DNA of 42,811 bases from Alphaproteobacteria bacterium (GCA_024696365.1 JAILGW010000071.1:1-42811); one strand, 5' to 3'; positions 19,777 through 34,332 are shown, counted from the stretch's first letter. Translations and numbers: made by a program. Notes: a model not told the origin generated them from the sequence alone.

Positions 19777-20408
19777 TGCTGTTTCCTCTTTACTGCATCT
19801 TTTACTAAAACGTAACCGCCCTCAGCTCCCGGAACACCGCCGTGAATCAATAACAAATCCCCGTCTACTCCGTAAACTTTCATATTCTGCAATGTTACGA
19901 ACTCATCACCCAAATGACCAGCCATTTTCTTACCTTTGAAGACTTTTCCCGGATCTTCTCTGTTACCGGTAGAACCATGGCTTCTGTGAGATACAGAAAC
20001 ACCGTGAGTTGCTCTCAAACCGCCAAAGTTATGTCTCTTCATACCGCCGGCGTATCCCTTACCGATGGATTTCCCGGTGACATCTACAAACTGCCCTGCC
20101 GCAAAATGCTCAGCACCGTATGTCGTGCCAACAGCAGGAGCTTCACTTAACGGAAGTCTGAATTCTTTTAATTTCTTATAAAATTTTCCACCGAGAGCTT
20201 TAAAGTAGCCCTGCATAGGCTTCGTTAACTTGCTCTCTTCTGTTTCTACAGTTCCAACGACAACAGCTTCATATCCATGCTTCTCTATTGTCTTGTGAGA
20301 CAACACTTCGTGCTGTTCCACTTTCAAAACTGTCACTGCGTACTGACGACCATCGTCCGCAAGGACGCGTGTCATACCCAGTTTTTTACCTAATAATCCT
20401 GAACGCAT
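19773..20408 (-). CDS. rplC: 50S ribosomal protein L3
   Basis: MRSGLLGKKLGMTRVLADDG...KGKKMAGHLG... Confidence 0.95.
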   Translation of the reverse strand: MRSGLLGKKLGMTRVLADDGRQYAVTVLKVEQHEVLSHKTIEKHGYEAVVVGTVETEESKLTKPMQGYFKALGGKFYKKLKEFRLPLSEAPAVGTTYGAEHFAAGQFVDVTGKSIGKGYAGGMKRHNFGGLRATHGVSVSHRSHGSTGNREDPGKVFKGKKMAGHLGDEFVTLQNMKVYGVDGDLLLIHGGVPGAEGGYVLVKDAVKRKQQ

Positions 20409-20415
20409 GTCTTTA

Positions 20416-20730
20416 TTAACCCAAAAGTTTGATTTCTACATCGACACCCGCGGCAATTTCCAGCTTCATCAAAGCGTCAACTGTCTGCGGAGGACAATCT
20501 AAACTATCTACGAGTCTCTTATGTGTTTGCAACTCGAATTGCTCACGAGACTTCTTGTCAATGTGTGGTGAGCGTAACACAGTGAAACGCTCTATTTTAT
20601 TCGGAAGAGGAACGGGGCCACGAACGCGTGCACCCGTCCTTTTCGCGGTCGCGACAATTTCTGTCGTCGAATAATCAAGTATCCTATGATCATATGCCCT
20701 TAAACATATACGGATGCATTGCGCGTTCAT
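20416..20730 (-). CDS. rpsJ: 30S ribosomal protein S10
   Basis: [14 protein letters not shown]...[29 protein letters not shown]... Confidence 0.96.
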   Translation of the reverse strand: MNAQCIRICLRAYDHRILDYSTTEIVATAKRTGARVRGPVPLPNKIERFTVLRSPHIDKKSREQFELQTHKRLVDSLDCPPQTVDALMKLEIAAGVDVEIKLLG

Positions 20731-20743
20731 AACCCCTCCTAAA

Positions 20744-21934
20744 CTACGCTATAATCTTGGTTACAACGCCGGCACCGACCGTACGTCCACCTTCACGAAT
20801 AGCGAATCTCAATCCCTCGTCCATTGCGATAGGAGCGATGAGTTCCGCCGTCAACTTTACGTTATCGCCAGGCATGACCATTTCAACACCGTTCTGGAGC
20901 GTAACGTTTCCGGTTACGTCAGTGGTTCTGAAATAGAATTGTGGACGATATCCATTGAAGAATGGGGTGTGACGACCACCTTCTTCCTTGTTCAGAATGT
21001 AAACTTCGCATTCGAACTTGGTGTGTGGAGTAATCGTTCCCGGAGCCGCCAAAACCTGACCGCGCTCAACTTCTTCTCTCTTGGTACCACGCAACAAGCA
21101 ACCGATATTATCACCAGCTTCACCCTGATCGAGTAACTTACGGAACATTTCAACACCGGTTACAACGGTCTTTGCTGTATCTTTAATACCTACGATTTCG
21201 ACTTCTTCACCAACTTTGATGATACCGCGCTCAACACGACCGGTCACAACAGTACCACGTCCTGAAATTGAGAACACGTCTTCGATTGGCATCAAGAATG
21301 GCTTATCTTTTGGACGCTCTGGTTGTGGAATGTAATTATCAATTGCTTCCATCAATTCGAGAATCTTGTTCTTACCGATTTCATCGTTCTTTCCCTCTAA
21401 TGCGCAGAGAGCACTTCCCTTGATTATAGGAATCTCATCGGCTGGGAAATCATACTTCTTCAAAGTATCTTTAATTTCTTCTTCGACCAATTCCAACATG
21501 TCTGGATCATCAACCATATCAGCCTTGTTGATGAATACGACCAATGCAGGAACACCGACTTGGCGAGCTAACAGAATGTGCTCTTTTGTTTGAGGCATAA
21601 CGCTGTCTGTACCAGACACGACCAAAATTGCACCGTCCATCTGAGCGGCACCTGTAATCATGTTCTTAACGTAGTCAGCGTGTCCCGGGCAGTCAACGTG
21701 AGCATAGTGTCTCTTTGCAGTTTCATACTCAACGTGCGCCGTAGAAATCGTGATACCACGAGCTCTCTCTTCAGGAGCCTTATCGATTTGATCATAAGCT
21801 GTGAAGCTTGCTCCTCCTTGTTCCGCTAATACTTTTGTAATAGCAGCTGTTAACGTTGTCTTACCATGATCGACGTGACCAATGGTACCAATGTTACAAT
21901 GTGGTTTAGTTCTTTCGTATTTTGCTTTACTCAT
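20744..21934 (-). CDS. tuf: Elongation factor Tu
   Basis: 396 aa with the GTPase motifs [17 protein letters not shown] and NKAD. The C-terminal half is highly conserved ([14 protein letters not shown]). Confidence 0.98.
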   Translation of the reverse strand: MSKAKYERTKPHCNIGTIGHVDHGKTTLTAAITKVLAEQGGASFTAYDQIDKAPEERARGITISTAHVEYETAKRHYAHVDCPGHADYVKNMITGAAQMDGAILVVSGTDSVMPQTKEHILLARQVGVPALVVFINKADMVDDPDMLELVEEEIKDTLKKYDFPADEIPIIKGSALCALEGKNDEIGKNKILELMEAIDNYIPQPERPKDKPFLMPIEDVFSISGRGTVVTGRVERGIIKVGEEVEIVGIKDTAKTVVTGVEMFRKLLDQGEAGDNIGCLLRGTKREEVERGQVLAAPGTITPHTKFECEVYILNKEEGGRHTPFFNGYRPQFYFRTTDVTGNVTLQNGVEMVMPGDNVKLTAELIAPIAMDEGLRFAIREGGRTVGAGVVTKIIA

Positions 21935-21948
21935 TTACCTTCTCCTAA

Positions 21949-24042
21949 CTAATCAGCGTTTACCAAACCTTTATGCTCAGCAATAACTTTGTCTGCAACA
22001 TGTGACGGCACTGCGTCATAACGCGCAAACTGCATTGTGTACTGAGCTCTACCCTGGCTCATAGAGCGCAATGTATTCACGTACCCAAACATCTCAGCCA
22101 AAGGTACCTCGGCTGATATAACGCGAGCATTAGCTCTTTGATCCATACCTACAACCTGTCCTCGACGGCTATTGAGATCCCCAATAATGTCACCCATATA
22201 GTCCTCAGGGGTTACAACCTCAACTGTCATAATAGGCTCTAATATCTTAGCGGCACATTTTGTCATCGCCTCTCTGAAAGCGCCTCTTGCAGCGATTTCG
22301 AACGCCAGAACGCTGGAGTCGACATCGTGATAAGCACCATCGATAAGCGAACACTTAATACCGACAATAGGGAAACCTATCAAACAGCCGGATTCTGCGA
22401 TACTCTTGAGTCCTTTTTCCACACCTGGAATGTACTCTTTAGGAACCGCTCCTCCGAAAATCTTGCTTTCAAATTCAAGCCCTGATGAATAATCAGCCGG
22501 CTCAAATCTAATAACAACTCTTGCGAATTGTCCAGAACCACCGGATTGCTTCTTGTGTACGTAATCAATCTCAGCAGCTTTGGAAATTGTCTCTCTGTAC
22601 GCAACTTGCGGAGCACCGACATTAGCATCGACTTTGAATTCTCTCTTCATACGATCGACGATAATTTCAAGGTGAAGCTCGCCCATACCTTTAATAATTG
22701 TCTGTCCTGTCTCAACATTTGAAGCAACCTTAAATGACGGATCTTCTGCCGCCAAACGCGCCAACGCGATACCCATTTTCTCTTGGTCAGCCTTGGACTT
22801 AGGTTCAACAGCGACCTCGATAACTGGATCAGGAAACTCCATTTTCTCAAGCAACATTTGCTTGTTGACTGCGCACAAAGTGTCTCCTGTCGTCGTGGTC
22901 TTCAAACCGCAAACAGCGACGATATCACCTGCACAAGCCTCTTTAATATCTTCTCTGTTGTTTGCATGCATTAACAACAGTCTACCGATTCTTTCACGCT
23001 CTCCTTTTGTGGAGTTCATAACGTAGCTACCGGCTTCCAGTTTACCGGAATAAATTCTGACGAAAGTCAACGAACCGACGAATGGATCTGTCATAACTTT
23101 GAACGCCAACGCCGCCAAAGGCTCTTCATCATGTGGCTTTCTGACGACCTCAGAATCATCATCCAGACTGATGCCCTTAATGTCTCCAATATCTTCAGGA
23201 GATGGCAGGAAGTTTACAACACCATCCAACAACGTTTGAACACCTTTGTTCTTGAATGCACTTCCACAGAACACAGGAACAAAAGCTCCGTTGATAACAC
23301 CTTTTCTGACACAGGAAATTAATTGCTCAACTGTCGGCTCTTTTCCGTCAAGATAAGCCTCCATAACGGCATCATCTTGCTCAACAGCCATTTCGACCAA
23401 TTTCTGGTGATATTCTTCTGCTTTATCTTTCAAATTTGCTGGAATATCAACGACGGCGTACTCTGCCCCCATTGTCTCATCTCTCCAATGGTAAGCCTTC
23501 ATAGCCAACAAATCGACGACACCGATAAAATCGCTCTCAACACCGTCCGGTAACTGCATCACTAACGGACGAGCCCCCAAACGATCAACAATCATATCAA
23601 CACAACGATAGAAATTCGCGCCCGTTCTGTCCATCTTGTTTACGAAACAGATTCTCGGCACGTTATATTTATCAGCTTGACGCCAAACGGTTTCAGATTG
23701 CGGTTCAACACCGGCAACGCCATCAAAAACGGCGATAGCGCCGTCCAAAACTCTCAGCGAACGCTCAACCTCAACCGTGAAGTCAACGTGTCCCGGAGTA
23801 TCGATAATATTGATTCTGTGTCCTTTCCAGTAGCAAGTCGTCGCAGCGGAAGTAATTGTGATACCTCTTTCCTGCTCTTGCTCCATCCAGTCCATAGTCG
23901 CCGCACCATCGTGCACCTCGCCCAACTTGTGGGAACGACCTGTGTAGAACAATATTCTCTCCGTCGTCGTCGTCTTTCCGGCGTCGATGTGAGCCATAAT
24001 TCCTATATTTCTGTATTTTTCTATCGGAGTGTTTCTTGCCAT
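21949..24042 (-). CDS. fusA: Elongation factor G
   Basis: [47 protein letters not shown]. The ATG at 24042 lies 2 nt after the rpsG stop; the ORF track starts at an upstream GTG. Confidence 0.97.
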   Translation of the reverse strand: MARNTPIEKYRNIGIMAHIDAGKTTTTERILFYTGRSHKLGEVHDGAATMDWMEQEQERGITITSAATTCYWKGHRINIIDTPGHVDFTVEVERSLRVLDGAIAVFDGVAGVEPQSETVWRQADKYNVPRICFVNKMDRTGANFYRCVDMIVDRLGARPLVMQLPDGVESDFIGVVDLLAMKAYHWRDETMGAEYAVVDIPANLKDKAEEYHQKLVEMAVEQDDAVMEAYLDGKEPTVEQLISCVRKGVINGAFVPVFCGSAFKNKGVQTLLDGVVNFLPSPEDIGDIKGISLDDDSEVVRKPHDEEPLAALAFKVMTDPFVGSLTFVRIYSGKLEAGSYVMNSTKGERERIGRLLLMHANNREDIKEACAGDIVAVCGLKTTTTGDTLCAVNKQMLLEKMEFPDPVIEVAVEPKSKADQEKMGIALARLAAEDPSFKVASNVETGQTIIKGMGELHLEIIVDRMKREFKVDANVGAPQVAYRETISKAAEIDYVHKKQSGGSGQFARVVIRFEPADYSSGLEFESKIFGGAVPKEYIPGVEKGLKSIAESGCLIGFPIVGIKCSLIDGAYHDVDSSVLAFEIAARGAFREAMTKCAAKILEPIMTVEVVTPEDYMGDIIGDLNSRRGQVVGMDQRANARVISAEVPLAEMFGYVNTLRSMSQGRAQYTMQFARYDAVPSHVADKVIAEHKGLVNAD

Positions 24043-24044
24043 GA

Positions 24045-24898
<854 letters not shown>

Positions 24899-24940
24899 AA
24901 CGCCCCTTCCTCATCAAAAAATATACTATACAAGGCCTGT

Positions 24941-24969
24941 ATGCTACCGAGTCTCGCCCAGATAGTCAA
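24941..24969 (-). promoter_or_regulatory. Candidate promoter in the only sizeable gap of the array (rpoC-rpsL)
   Basis: On the minus strand: TTGACT (24969-24964), a 17-nt spacer, TAGCAT (24946-24941). Pattern match only. Confidence 0.25.
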
Positions 24970-24986
24970 GCCTTGTTTACCAAAAA

Positions 24987-27900
24987 TTAGCTTTCTGTAG
25001 AGACACCATCCGCAATCACCGAAACATTTGCATGACTTTCGGCAAGTGCTTCCGCATCCTGACGCAGAGCTTCCTTTCTAATCTTCCCCATAATAAATCC
25101 GGTTCCAGCAGGAATCAATCTTCCGACCAAAACGTTCTCTTTCAATCCAGTCAGTCTGTCGACTTTTCCTGTAATAGCCGCTTCCGTGAGAACACGAGTT
25201 GTTTCCTGGAATGACGCCGCAGAAATGAACGACCTTGTCTGTAAAGACGCTTTCGTAATACCCTGTAACACAGGAACCGCAACTGCTGGCATTCCGCCGG
25301 ACTTCATAACTCTTGCATTCTCTTCTTCGAAATCGAGATGATCAACCTGTTCACCAGACAAGAAAGTCGTATCACCCGGAGTGACAACTTTAACCTTCTG
25401 CAACATTTGTCTCACAATGATTTCGATATGCTTATCGTTAATCTTCACACCTTGCAGTCTGTAAACATCTTGAATTTCGTTTACGAGGTAATCCGCCAAA
25501 GCCTCAACACCCAAAATCTGCAAAATATCATGAGGAGCTTTGCTTCCTTCGATTAAGATATCACCTTTTACAACAGTATCGCCCTCTTTGACCGCAATCT
25601 GTCTCCACTTCGGCACCAAGTACTCAGCAGGATTCAAATTCTCATCGTCTGGACGAACGATAATTCTCTTCTTGCCCTTGTAATCCTTACCGAATTCGAC
25701 ACGACCGTTGTATTCACTGAGAATTGCAGCGTCTTTCGGAACTCTCGCCTCGAACAGCTCAGATACTCTCGGCAAACCTCCGGTAATATCTTTTGTCTTC
25801 GAAGATTCTCTTGGCATACGAGCTAAAATGTCACCGATTTTAACTTTGTCACCGTTTTTAACTGCAATTACGGAATCAACCGACATTGGATACCTTATCT
25901 CTTGACCGCTTGGTAATAAGATAGGGTCACCTTTCTCGTCTTTCAACACGATTCTTGGCTTCAAATCCGCATATCTTGCTTGTTGACGCCAATCCGCAAC
26001 GACATAAGTTGACACACCAGTTGACTCATCAATGGTTTCTTTCAAGGAAATACCCTCTATCAAATCCGCATAGTGTGCATAACCTTCTCTTTCACAGATA
26101 ACAGGAGACGTGAACTGATCCCAATCCGCCATCTTAAAGCCTTTTTCGACTTTATCTCCGTCCTTAATGTACAATCTGGAACCGTAAGGCAATTTGTGAT
26201 GCGCTCTCTCCTTCCCTTTTGCATCGAGCAAAACGATTTCGGAGTTACGACTCATAACAATCTCATAACCTTCACTGTTCTTAACTGTTTTTGCATTACG
26301 CAAAGATACTGTTCCATCGTACGTAGCGTCGACGAAAGACATTTCTGCGCCCTTCTGTGCCGTACCACCAATATGGAACGTACGCATGGTTAACTGAGTA
26401 CCAGGCTCACCGATTGACTGTGCCGCAATGACACCAACAGCTTCACCAATGTTGACTTTCTTGCCTCGCGCCAGGTCTCGACCATAACAAGTCGCGCAAA
26501 TTCCGTCTTTGCATTCGCAAGTCAGAACCGACCTGATTTTCACTTCGTTAATACCAGCTTCTTCAATCTTCTTAACGGTACTTTCTTCAATGAGCTCGCC
26601 CGCTTTCAATATCAATTCACCCGTTGCCGGATCTACAATATCTTCAGCTGGGGATCTTCCAAGAATTCTTTCCGTCAATGACGCAATAACGTCTCCACCA
26701 GAGATAATATCTCTGATAACGATACCCTTTGACGTACCGCAATCGTCCTTAACGATTACACAGTCTTGAGCAACGTCGACCAAACGACGCGTCAAGTATC
26801 CTGAGTTTGCGGTCTTCAATGCCGTATCAGCCATACCTTTTCTCGCTCCGTGAGTCGAGGTGAAGTATTCGAGAACCGACAAACCTTCTTTGAAGTTTGC
26901 GATAATAGGTGTTTCGATAATTTCACCAGATGGTTTTGCCATCAATCCGCGCATACCAGCAACTTGTCTCATCTGTGCCAAAGAACCTCTAGCACCTGAA
27001 TGAGCCATCATGTACATGGCGTTGATAGGTTTACCGACCTCAACTTTGGAAATATGCTTCATCATTGCATCTGCGACTTTATCGCTACATACCGCCCAAG
27101 CATCGACAACCTTGTTGTAACGCTCACCGGCAGTAATTAAGCCTTCCATATATTGCTTTTCATACTCAGCAACGACTTTCTTTGTCGCATTCACGATATC
27201 TTTTTTCTGAGACGGAACGACCAAGTCATCCTTACCATAAGAAATACCTGACTTTGTAGAATACAGGAAGCCAAGATCCTTCAGTTTATCCGAGAATATA
27301 ACAGCACTTTTCTGTCCGCATACACGATAAATCTTCTCGACGATAGCTGCAGCTTCTTTGTTCGTCAATAATTTGTTAATCAACGAGAATTGAATATCAG
27401 GGTGCTGAGGCAACAACTGAGACAAAATCATTCTTCCCGGTGTTGTATCCACCGTAATCGCCTTTTTTGTGCCATCATGCTGCAACTGGTAATATCTTGC
27501 CTTAATCTTTGCGTGCAAGCTGACGATATTTTCTTCCAATGCGTGCTCAATTTCTCCGATAGAAGAGAACACCATTCCTTCACCCGGCTCTCCGTCTTTC
27601 GCTAAGGAAATATAGTAGACACCGAGAATAATATCCTTTGTCGGAAGAATAATCGGCTTACCACTGGATGGGCTGAGAATGTTGTTAGTAGACATCATCA
27701 ACACACGAGACTCCAACTGTGCTTCCAACGACAATGGCACGTGAACCGCCATTTGGTCTCCATCGAAGTCAGCGTTGAATGCTGTACAAACCAACGGATG
27801 CAGCTTAATAGCCTTTCCTTCGACCAAAACCGGCTCAAAAGCTTGAATACCTAATCTGTGAAGTGTCGGAGCTCGGTTTAATAACACAGGATGCTCTTTA

Positions 27901-29150
27901 ATTACCTCTTCCAGAATATCCCAAACTTCCGGACGACCTTTTTCAACCATACGCTTTGCGGCTTTCAACGTCGTTGCCAGGCCGTATCTTTCCAATCTGG
28001 AATAGATAAACGGCTGGAACAACTCCAACGCCATTTTTTTCGGCAACCCGCATTGATGCAGTTTTAACTCAGGCCCAACGACGATAACCGAACGACCGGA
28101 GTAGTCGACACGCTTTCCGAGCAAGTTCTGACGGAAACGCCCTTGTTTACCTTTCAGCATGTCAGACAACGACTTTAACGGACGCTTACCTGTACCGGTA
28201 ATAACTCTTCCACGACGACCGTTATCAAACAAAGCGTCAACAGCTTCCTGCAACATCCTTTTTTCGTTCTTTACGATGATATCAGGCGCTTTCAACTCCA
28301 ACAATCTCTTCAAACGGTTGTTTCTGTTGATAACGCGACGATACAGATCGTTTAAGTCAGATGTCGCGAATCTGCCACCATCCAACGGAACTAGCGGACG
28401 CAATTCTGGCGGAATAACAGGAATACATTCCAAAATCATCCATTCAGGACGTGTATCTGAATTCAAAAACGCTTCAACCAACTTCAAACGCTTGACCAAA
28501 CGCCGGCGTTTCAAATCAGAAGTCGTATTTTTTAATTCCAGACGCAATCTATCTTTTTCGGCCTTTAAGTCGATATTCGCCAACATTGTACGCAACGCTT
28601 CTGCACCGATTCCAGCACTGAACGCGTCTTCGCCAAATTCATCTTGCGCTCTGTAGTACTCTTCTTCCGAAATTAACTGATACTGTTTCAAGCTTGTCAT
28701 ACCCGGATCGATAACGACATAGCTTTCGAAATACAGAATCTTTTCCATCTCGCTGGAAGTAATATCCAACAACAGAGCTATTCTGCTAGGAGGTGATTTC
28801 GTGAACCAGATATGAGCAACAGGAGACGCCAATTCGATGTGTCCCATGCGCTCTCTTCTTACCTTAGACAGAGTAACCTCGACGCCGCACTTCTCGCAGA
28901 TAACGCCTCTGTACTTCATGCGCTTGTATTTACCGCACAAACATTCGTAATCTTTCACAGGACCGAATATGCGCGCACAGAACAAGCCGTCTCTTTCTGG
29001 CTTGAAGGTTCTATAGTTAATGGTTTCAGGCTTTTTTACCTCACCAAAAGACCAAGACCTTATTCTCTCAGGACTCGAAATAGATACCTTAATCGCATCA
29101 AAGCTATTTAAGCTACTGATTTGACCAAAAACTTTCTGTAATTGATTCAT
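24987..29150 (-). CDS. rpoC: DNA-directed RNA polymerase subunit beta'
   Basis: 1387 aa with the catalytic motif [13 protein letters not shown] and an N-terminal zinc-binding region [20 protein letters not shown]. Confidence 0.98.
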   Translation of the reverse strand: MNQLQKVFGQISSLNSFDAIKVSISSPERIRSWSFGEVKKPETINYRTFKPERDGLFCARIFGPVKDYECLCGKYKRMKYRGVICEKCGVEVTLSKVRRERMGHIELASPVAHIWFTKSPPSRIALLLDITSSEMEKILYFESYVVIDPGMTSLKQYQLISEEEYYRAQDEFGEDAFSAGIGAEALRTMLANIDLKAEKDRLRLELKNTTSDLKRRRLVKRLKLVEAFLNSDTRPEWMILECIPVIPPELRPLVPLDGGRFATSDLNDLYRRVINRNNRLKRLLELKAPDIIVKNEKRMLQEAVDALFDNGRRGRVITGTGKRPLKSLSDMLKGKQGRFRQNLLGKRVDYSGRSVIVVGPELKLHQCGLPKKMALELFQPFIYSRLERYGLATTLKAAKRMVEKGRPEVWDILEEVIKEHPVLLNRAPTLHRLGIQAFEPVLVEGKAIKLHPLVCTAFNADFDGDQMAVHVPLSLEAQLESRVLMMSTNNILSPSSGKPIILPTKDIILGVYYISLAKDGEPGEGMVFSSIGEIEHALEENIVSLHAKIKARYYQLQHDGTKKAITVDTTPGRMILSQLLPQHPDIQFSLINKLLTNKEAAAIVEKIYRVCGQKSAVIFSDKLKDLGFLYSTKSGISYGKDDLVVPSQKKDIVNATKKVVAEYEKQYMEGLITAGERYNKVVDAWAVCSDKVADAMMKHISKVEVGKPINAMYMMAHSGARGSLAQMRQVAGMRGLMAKPSGEIIETPIIANFKEGLSVLEYFTSTHGARKGMADTALKTANSGYLTRRLVDVAQDCVIVKDDCGTSKGIVIRDIISGGDVIASLTERILGRSPAEDIVDPATGELILKAGELIEESTVKKIEEAGINEVKIRSVLTCECKDGICATCYGRDLARGKKVNIGEAVGVIAAQSIGEPGTQLTMRTFHIGGTAQKGAEMSFVDATYDGTVSLRNAKTVKNSEGYEIVMSRNSEIVLLDAKGKERAHHKLPYGSRLYIKDGDKVEKGFKMADWDQFTSPVICEREGYAHYADLIEGISLKETIDESTGVSTYVVADWRQQARYADLKPRIVLKDEKGDPILLPSGQEIRYPMSVDSVIAVKNGDKVKIGDILARMPRESSKTKDITGGLPRVSELFEARVPKDAAILSEYNGRVEFGKDYKGKKRIIVRPDDENLNPAEYLVPKWRQIAVKEGDTVVKGDILIEGSKAPHDILQILGVEALADYLVNEIQDVYRLQGVKINDKHIEIIVRQMLQKVKVVTPGDTTFLSGEQVDHLDFEEENARVMKSGGMPAVAVPVLQGITKASLQTRSFISAASFQETTRVLTEAAITGKVDRLTGLKENVLVGRLIPAGTGFIMGKIRKEALRQDAEALAESHANVSVIADGVSTES

Positions 29151-29164
29151 TTCCCGATTCCTTC

Positions 29165-32100
29165 CTAAATCTCTGTTTCAGCATCTTTTTGAACAAGATC
29201 CTGTTGGAATTCAAAGTTCAATCCCAATCCGCACAATTCCTTCATAAGAACGTTGAACGACTCCGGAATACCCGGTGTGATGTTCTCATCGCCCTTAATG
29301 ATAGATTCGTACGCCTTTGTTCTTCCGGTGACATCGTCCGACTTAACCGTGAGGATTTCCTGTAGCGTATAAGCGGCGCCGTAAGCCTGCAACGCCCAGA
29401 CCTCCATTTCTCCGAATCTTTGTCCACCGAACTGTGCTTTACCACCCAACGGCTGCTGTGTAACTAAGCTGTAAGGTCCGATAGAACGTGCGTGAATCTT
29501 ATCATCAACCATGTGATGCAGTTTCAACATGTAAATGCATCCGACAGTAACTTTTCTTGCAAACGGAACACCCGTACGCCCATCAATCAACTGTACTTGT
29601 CCTGAACCGTCCAATCCACAGCTTTCGAGAGCTTTTACGATATCTTGCTCTCTCGCACCGTCGAACACAGGCGTTGAAACAGGAATACCGTCAACGACAT
29701 TAGACGCCAGCTCAGCGACTTCGTAATCAGACATATTGTCGATGTCTTTATTTTCGTCAGCCTTGTTATAAATTTCTTTCAACTGAGCCCGCAAGTTAGC
29801 CATAAGCTCTTCATCTGACTGGACTTTCTCAATAACTTCTCTGACTTTGCGGCCAAGAGCCTTTGAAGCCCATCCCAAATGTGTCTCGAGGATTTGTCCG
29901 ACGTTCATTCTCGACGTGACACCCAACGGGTTCAACACAATATCGAGCGGTGTACCGTCCTCCATGTGCGGCATATCTTCAACAGGAACAATCTTCGAAA
30001 CGATACCTTTGTTTCCGTGTCTTCCCGCCAGCTTATCTCCCGGTTGCAACTTACGTTTATCAGCGACATAAACCTTTATCATCTTCAAAACGCCGGGCGC
30101 TAACTCATCACCCTTTCTGAGCTTCTCGACTTTCTCTTCGAAGTTCTTCTGCAATCTAGCCAGAATCGCGTTGAAGTCCTCATGCAATCTTGCAATATCC
30201 GCTGCGACCGCCTTATCAGCAACAACGATTTCTCTCCATTGTCCGCGCGGCATTGAGTTCAAGAACTCTTCTGTCATTGCTCCGCGACATTTTACAGGAC
30301 TTGAAGAAGCTTTTTGCCCGACCAACTTATCACGCAATCTATCGTAATACGTTGACTCAAAAATGGCTCTCTCTGCCTCCATATCCTTACGGAATGCCTC
30401 GATTTCTTTCTGCTCGATAGCAACCGCTCTTTCGTCCTTTTCAACACCGCATCTGGAGAAGATTTTTACATCCACAACAGTGCCACGTACTCCAGGAGGT
30501 AATCTCAGCGAAGAATCTCTGACATCCGCCGCCCTTTCGCCGAATATTGCCCTCAAAAGTTTTTCTTCCGGAGTCATTAGCGATTCGCCTTTCGGTGTCA
30601 CTTTTCCGACCAAAATATCTCCAGCCTGAACCTCAGCGCCGATATGTACGATACCCGACTCATCAAGATTCTTTAATGCATCATCGGAAATGTTCGGAAG
30701 ATCTCTCGTGATTTCTTCATTTCCAAGCTTCGTATCACGAGCCATGACCTCAAATTCTTCGATATGAACAGAAGTGAACTTATCCTCCTGCACTAAACGC
30801 TCCGAAATAACAATTGCGTCTTCGAATGTATAACCGTGCCATGACATAAATCCGACAAGAACGTTATGTCCAAGAGCCAGCTCACCCAAATTTGTACCGG
30901 AACCATCAGCAATGACATCACCAACTTTGACTACATCGCCTTTCTTTACCAACGGCTTTTGATTTAAGCATGTACTTTGGTTAGACCTCTCAAACTTTCT
31001 CAAATTATAGATATCAACACCGACGTTAGAATCATCTCCCGTTGCACGAACAACTATTCTGTTCGCATCGACTCTGTCGACTACACCGTCATGTTTTGCA
31101 GTAACGACCACACCAGAGTCATTCGCGACAACGCCCTCTAATCCAGTTCCAACAAGAGGAGCCTGTGCACGCAACAGAGGAACCGCCTGACGTTGCATGT
31201 TCGCGCCCATCAATGCACGGCTAGCGTCATCGTTTTCAAGGAATGGAATCAACGCTGCCGCGATAGAAATAATCTGCTTTGGCGACACATCCATAAAATC
31301 AATGGACTCACGAGGCAAGCTCATAAATTCACCATTTTTACGGCAAGTTACGAACTCATCCTTAAAGCGGCCATCAACAGTCAATGGTGCGTTTGCTTGC
31401 GCAATAATGTGCTGTGACTCATCCATCGCCGACAGATACCAAACTTCATCTGTAACTTTTCCATCGACGACCTTTCTATACGGAGTTTCAATGAAGCCAT
31501 ACTTATTTATTCTCGCGAAAATAGCCAGTGAGTTAATCAAACCAATGTTCTGACCTTCAGGAGTTTCAATAGGACAAATACGACCATAATGCGTCGTGTG
31601 CACGTCTCGAACATCGAATCCGGCCCTGTCTCTCGTCAATCCGCCAGGCCCTAAAGCTGAAATACGCCTCTTATGAGTAATTTCCGCCAACGGGTTCGTC
31701 TGATCCATGAACTGCGACAATTGCGATAATCCAAAAAACTCACGAATGGCGGAAGCAACAGGCTTTGCATTGATAACATCGTTTGGAACCGCGTTTTCAA
31801 CGTCAACTGAACCGATGCGCTCTTTTACAGCACGCTCCATTCTAGCCAAACCGATTCTGAACTGATTCTCTAACAACTCACCGACAGAACGCACTCTTCT
31901 GTTCGCCAAGTTATCGATATCATCAACTGTTCCGACACCATCTTTTAACTGATGCAGAATCTTTACAATGCGCAAGATATCGTCTTTTGTAAGAATTCCC
32001 AAATCTTCAGGCTTATTTACACCAATTCTTCCGTTCATTTTCACGCGTCCAACAGCAGACAAATCATAACGCTCTGGATTGAACAGCATGTTATAGAACA

Positions 32101-33343
32101 TATCTTGTGCACTATCCACTGTTGCCGGTTCACCTGGACGCATAATTCTGAACAGCTCAAACAATGCATCGTCCCTGTTCGCACATTTATCAGCAATCAA
32201 TGTGTTTCTGATATAACCACCGATTTCTTGATGATCTATACGCAATACCGAAAATGATGGACTATTTTCCACAATCTTCTGAATCAACTCTTCCGTTAAT
32301 TCATCACCGGCTTCTGCAATGACTAAACCGGTTTTCGGATCTATTATATCTGTTGCATTATATTTTCCGATAAGATCATCCGCAAAAACCACAACGTTCT
32401 TAACTTTTTCCTCTTGGAGTTTTTTAATAACGCGCGAAGTTATCTTCTCGCCAGCTTTGAGTAAAACCTTACCACTCTTTGCGTCGATTAAATCTTTTTC
32501 GAGTTTAACACCTTTCCACTGCTCAGCATCAAACTTTCTGGACAACAATCCTTTTTTATTGTGCTCTACCTCGTAGCTGTCATAGAAATATGACAGTATT
32601 TCTTCTCTATCCATTCCATGGACTTCGGTATACGGCAAAGGAACATCCGGATTTTTTGCCCTTTTCTTCTCAGTTTCCGCAGAATCCAACGCCAACAGCA
32701 ACGTAGATGCAAGAATCTTTCTCTTTCTATCAATACGAACATAGATTAAATCTTTGGCGTCGAATTCAAAATCCAACCACACTCCTTTATACGGAATAAT
32801 ATGGGCGGCGAATAAATACTTACCTGAAGTATGAGTTTTTCCATTATCATGATCAAAGAACACACCAGGGGAACGCTGCATTTGCGAGACAATGACTCGC
32901 TCAGCGCCATTGATAATAAACGTACCGTCCTTCGTCATAATCGGAAGATCACAAATATAGACATCCTGCTCTTTGATGTCTTTTACGCTCTTCTCACCAC
33001 TTTCTTCATCAATATCCCACACAATAAGCCTGAACACAGCACGCAACGGAGCCGCATATGTCAGTCCTCTGTTACGGCATTCATCTTCTGAATATTTCGG
33101 AGCATCAAAATGATAACTGCAGAAATCTATTTGTGCTTTCCCCGAAGCATCTGAAATAGGAAAACTCGACCGGAACGCCTCACCTAAGCCAACATCTCCT
33201 CTTATTTCTTTCTTATCGTCAGCGTGCAAAAACACGTTATACGACTCTCTCTGCAACTCTATAAGATTTGGAAGCTTAGCGACTTCCCTGATTCTTCCGA
33301 AATTTTTTCTAAACCTCTTACGCTCAGTGAACGTTCTGACCAT
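29165..33343 (-). CDS. rpoB: DNA-directed RNA polymerase subunit beta
   Basis: [18 protein letters not shown] is an alphaproteobacterial-type N-terminus. [18 protein letters not shown] and [20 protein letters not shown] are present. I chose the ATG at 33343 over the TTG at 33358. Confidence 0.98.
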   Translation of the reverse strand: MVRTFTERKRFRKNFGRIREVAKLPNLIELQRESYNVFLHADDKKEIRGDVGLGEAFRSSFPISDASGKAQIDFCSYHFDAPKYSEDECRNRGLTYAAPLRAVFRLIVWDIDEESGEKSVKDIKEQDVYICDLPIMTKDGTFIINGAERVIVSQMQRSPGVFFDHDNGKTHTSGKYLFAAHIIPYKGVWLDFEFDAKDLIYVRIDRKRKILASTLLLALDSAETEKKRAKNPDVPLPYTEVHGMDREEILSYFYDSYEVEHNKKGLLSRKFDAEQWKGVKLEKDLIDAKSGKVLLKAGEKITSRVIKKLQEEKVKNVVVFADDLIGKYNATDIIDPKTGLVIAEAGDELTEELIQKIVENSPSFSVLRIDHQEIGGYIRNTLIADKCANRDDALFELFRIMRPGEPATVDSAQDMFYNMLFNPERYDLSAVGRVKMNGRIGVNKPEDLGILTKDDILRIVKILHQLKDGVGTVDDIDNLANRRVRSVGELLENQFRIGLARMERAVKERIGSVDVENAVPNDVINAKPVASAIREFFGLSQLSQFMDQTNPLAEITHKRRISALGPGGLTRDRAGFDVRDVHTTHYGRICPIETPEGQNIGLINSLAIFARINKYGFIETPYRKVVDGKVTDEVWYLSAMDESQHIIAQANAPLTVDGRFKDEFVTCRKNGEFMSLPRESIDFMDVSPKQIISIAAALIPFLENDDASRALMGANMQRQAVPLLRAQAPLVGTGLEGVVANDSGVVVTAKHDGVVDRVDANRIVVRATGDDSNVGVDIYNLRKFERSNQSTCLNQKPLVKKGDVVKVGDVIADGSGTNLGELALGHNVLVGFMSWHGYTFEDAIVISERLVQEDKFTSVHIEEFEVMARDTKLGNEEITRDLPNISDDALKNLDESGIVHIGAEVQAGDILVGKVTPKGESLMTPEEKLLRAIFGERAADVRDSSLRLPPGVRGTVVDVKIFSRCGVEKDERAVAIEQKEIEAFRKDMEAERAIFESTYYDRLRDKLVGQKASSSPVKCRGAMTEEFLNSMPRGQWREIVVADKAVAADIARLHEDFNAILARLQKNFEEKVEKLRKGDELAPGVLKMIKVYVADKRKLQPGDKLAGRHGNKGIVSKIVPVEDMPHMEDGTPLDIVLNPLGVTSRMNVGQILETHLGWASKALGRKVREVIEKVQSDEELMANLRAQLKEIYNKADENKDIDNMSDYEVAELASNVVDGIPVSTPVFDGAREQDIVKALESCGLDGSGQVQLIDGRTGVPFARKVTVGCIYMLKLHHMVDDKIHARSIGPYSLVTQQPLGGKAQFGGQRFGEMEVWALQAYGAAYTLQEILTVKSDDVTGRTKAYESIIKGDENITPGIPESFNVLMKELCGLGLNFEFQQDLVQKDAETEI

Positions 33344-33387
33344 GTCAAGACCCCGCAAAAATTAATTGAAACAGACCAAAAGGCCTC

Positions 33388-33420
33388 ATCCGTACTCGCT
33401 CGATGTCGGAATGTACGGAT
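33388..33420 (-). promoter_or_regulatory. Hairpin in the rpoB 5' leader
   Basis: A perfect 8-bp inverted repeat, atccgtac (33388-33395) and gtacggat (33413-33420), with a 17-nt loop, lies 45-77 nt upstream of the rpoB ATG. No clean T run follows. Function unknown. Confidence 0.3.
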
Positions 33421-33618
33421 AAAATACTCTTATAACTAACAAAAGACAAGGCTCTCACTTTATTTACCCATACCTTAAATTAGTCAATAATTAATCAGAA
33501 ATTAAAAATAATCAACAAAATCTCCATACTCCCGAGACGTGTCAGTTTAATAATTTTCAAATCAAATATCAACATGGTTTTTAGCGAGCATACAGAAAGA
33601 TTATACCGCATCGAACTT

Positions 33619-33651
33619 GGACAAATTTAAAGTTGAAGTTTAAATTTGTCC
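33619..33651. repeat. Perfect 13-bp inverted repeat in the rpoB-carD divergent intergenic region
   Basis: ggacaaatttaaa (33619-33631), loop gttgaag, tttaaatttgtcc (33639-33651). Read directly from the sequence. It could be an operator or a hairpin; function unknown. Confidence 0.8.
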
Positions 33652-33837
33652 GAATTTTGGATGATAAATACGTCTAGCGGCACGTTTTAAAAGTTGTTTA
33701 GCAATAAACGCATTCAACAAAAAATCTGCAGTATTCTGGCGCATGAAAATTCAACGTTATGGTAAATTCTCTCGGCTCTCTTTAAAAACGCAAAAAAATA
33801 TGCTATATATTTCATATAGTTATCTGTGAGGAATCTC

Positions 33838-34332
33838 ATGAGTGAGTGCTCTTTCAAAGAAGGGGAATTCGTTGTATACCCTGCGCATGGAGTCGGTGTC
33901 GTCAAGGGCATCGAAAAGCAGAATATCGCTGGAACGGAACTAAAAGTAGTAGTCATTTCTTTTGATAAGGATAAGATGACTGTTCGCCTGCCGTTGAACA
34001 AGTCCACTTCTTCGAAAATTCGTAGATTGTGCACAAAAGAAGAGATGCTGGAGGCTGTTGATTTCTTGCGCACACCAGCACGTGCTAAAAAGATGATGTG
34101 GAGTCGCCGTGCGCAAGAATATGAAGCAAAAATTAATTCAGGCGTTCCAATGTCTATAGCTCAAGTCATCAGAGAATTGCACAGAAGCGCCAATCAACCC
34201 GAACATTCGTATAGTGAGCGCCAAATTTATCAAGAAGCCTTGGAAAGGTTAACTAGCGAATACGCTGTTGTCGCCAATATCGACGAGGGCGCCGCGCTGG
34301 CTGAGCTGAAAAACGCACTAGAAGCCGCTTAG
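33838..34332 (+). CDS. carD: CarD/CdnL-family RNA-polymerase-binding transcription factor
   Basis: FKEGEFVVYPAHGVGVVKGIE...ELKVVVISFDKDKMTVRLP is the CarD_CdnL_TRCF N-terminal domain, and the C-terminal part is helical. The ATG at 33838 has GAGGA 5 nt upstream; the ORF track uses a GTG at 33826. Confidence 0.88.
   Translation: MSECSFKEGEFVVYPAHGVGVVKGIEKQNIAGTELKVVVISFDKDKMTVRLPLNKSTSSKIRRLCTKEEMLEAVDFLRTPARAKKMMWSRRAQEYEAKINSGVPMSIAQVIRELHRSANQPEHSYSERQIYQEALERLTSEYAVVANIDEGAALAELKNALEAA

Noticed and set aside
28159-28656. 165-aa ORF antisense to rpoC, and the many 60-150-aa ORFs antisense or out of frame within rpoB, rpoC, fusA, tuf, secY, hppA, the LRR gene (6709-7161) and Rpn (228-746)
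   Set aside because: All lie wholly inside strongly supported conserved genes, have low-complexity or odd composition, and have no recognisable motifs. They are shadow ORFs.
33714-34073. 119-aa minus-strand ORF spanning the carD start
   Set aside because: It overlaps the well-supported carD N-terminal domain on the opposite strand, has no RBS and no motif, and is partly AT-rich intergenic read-through.
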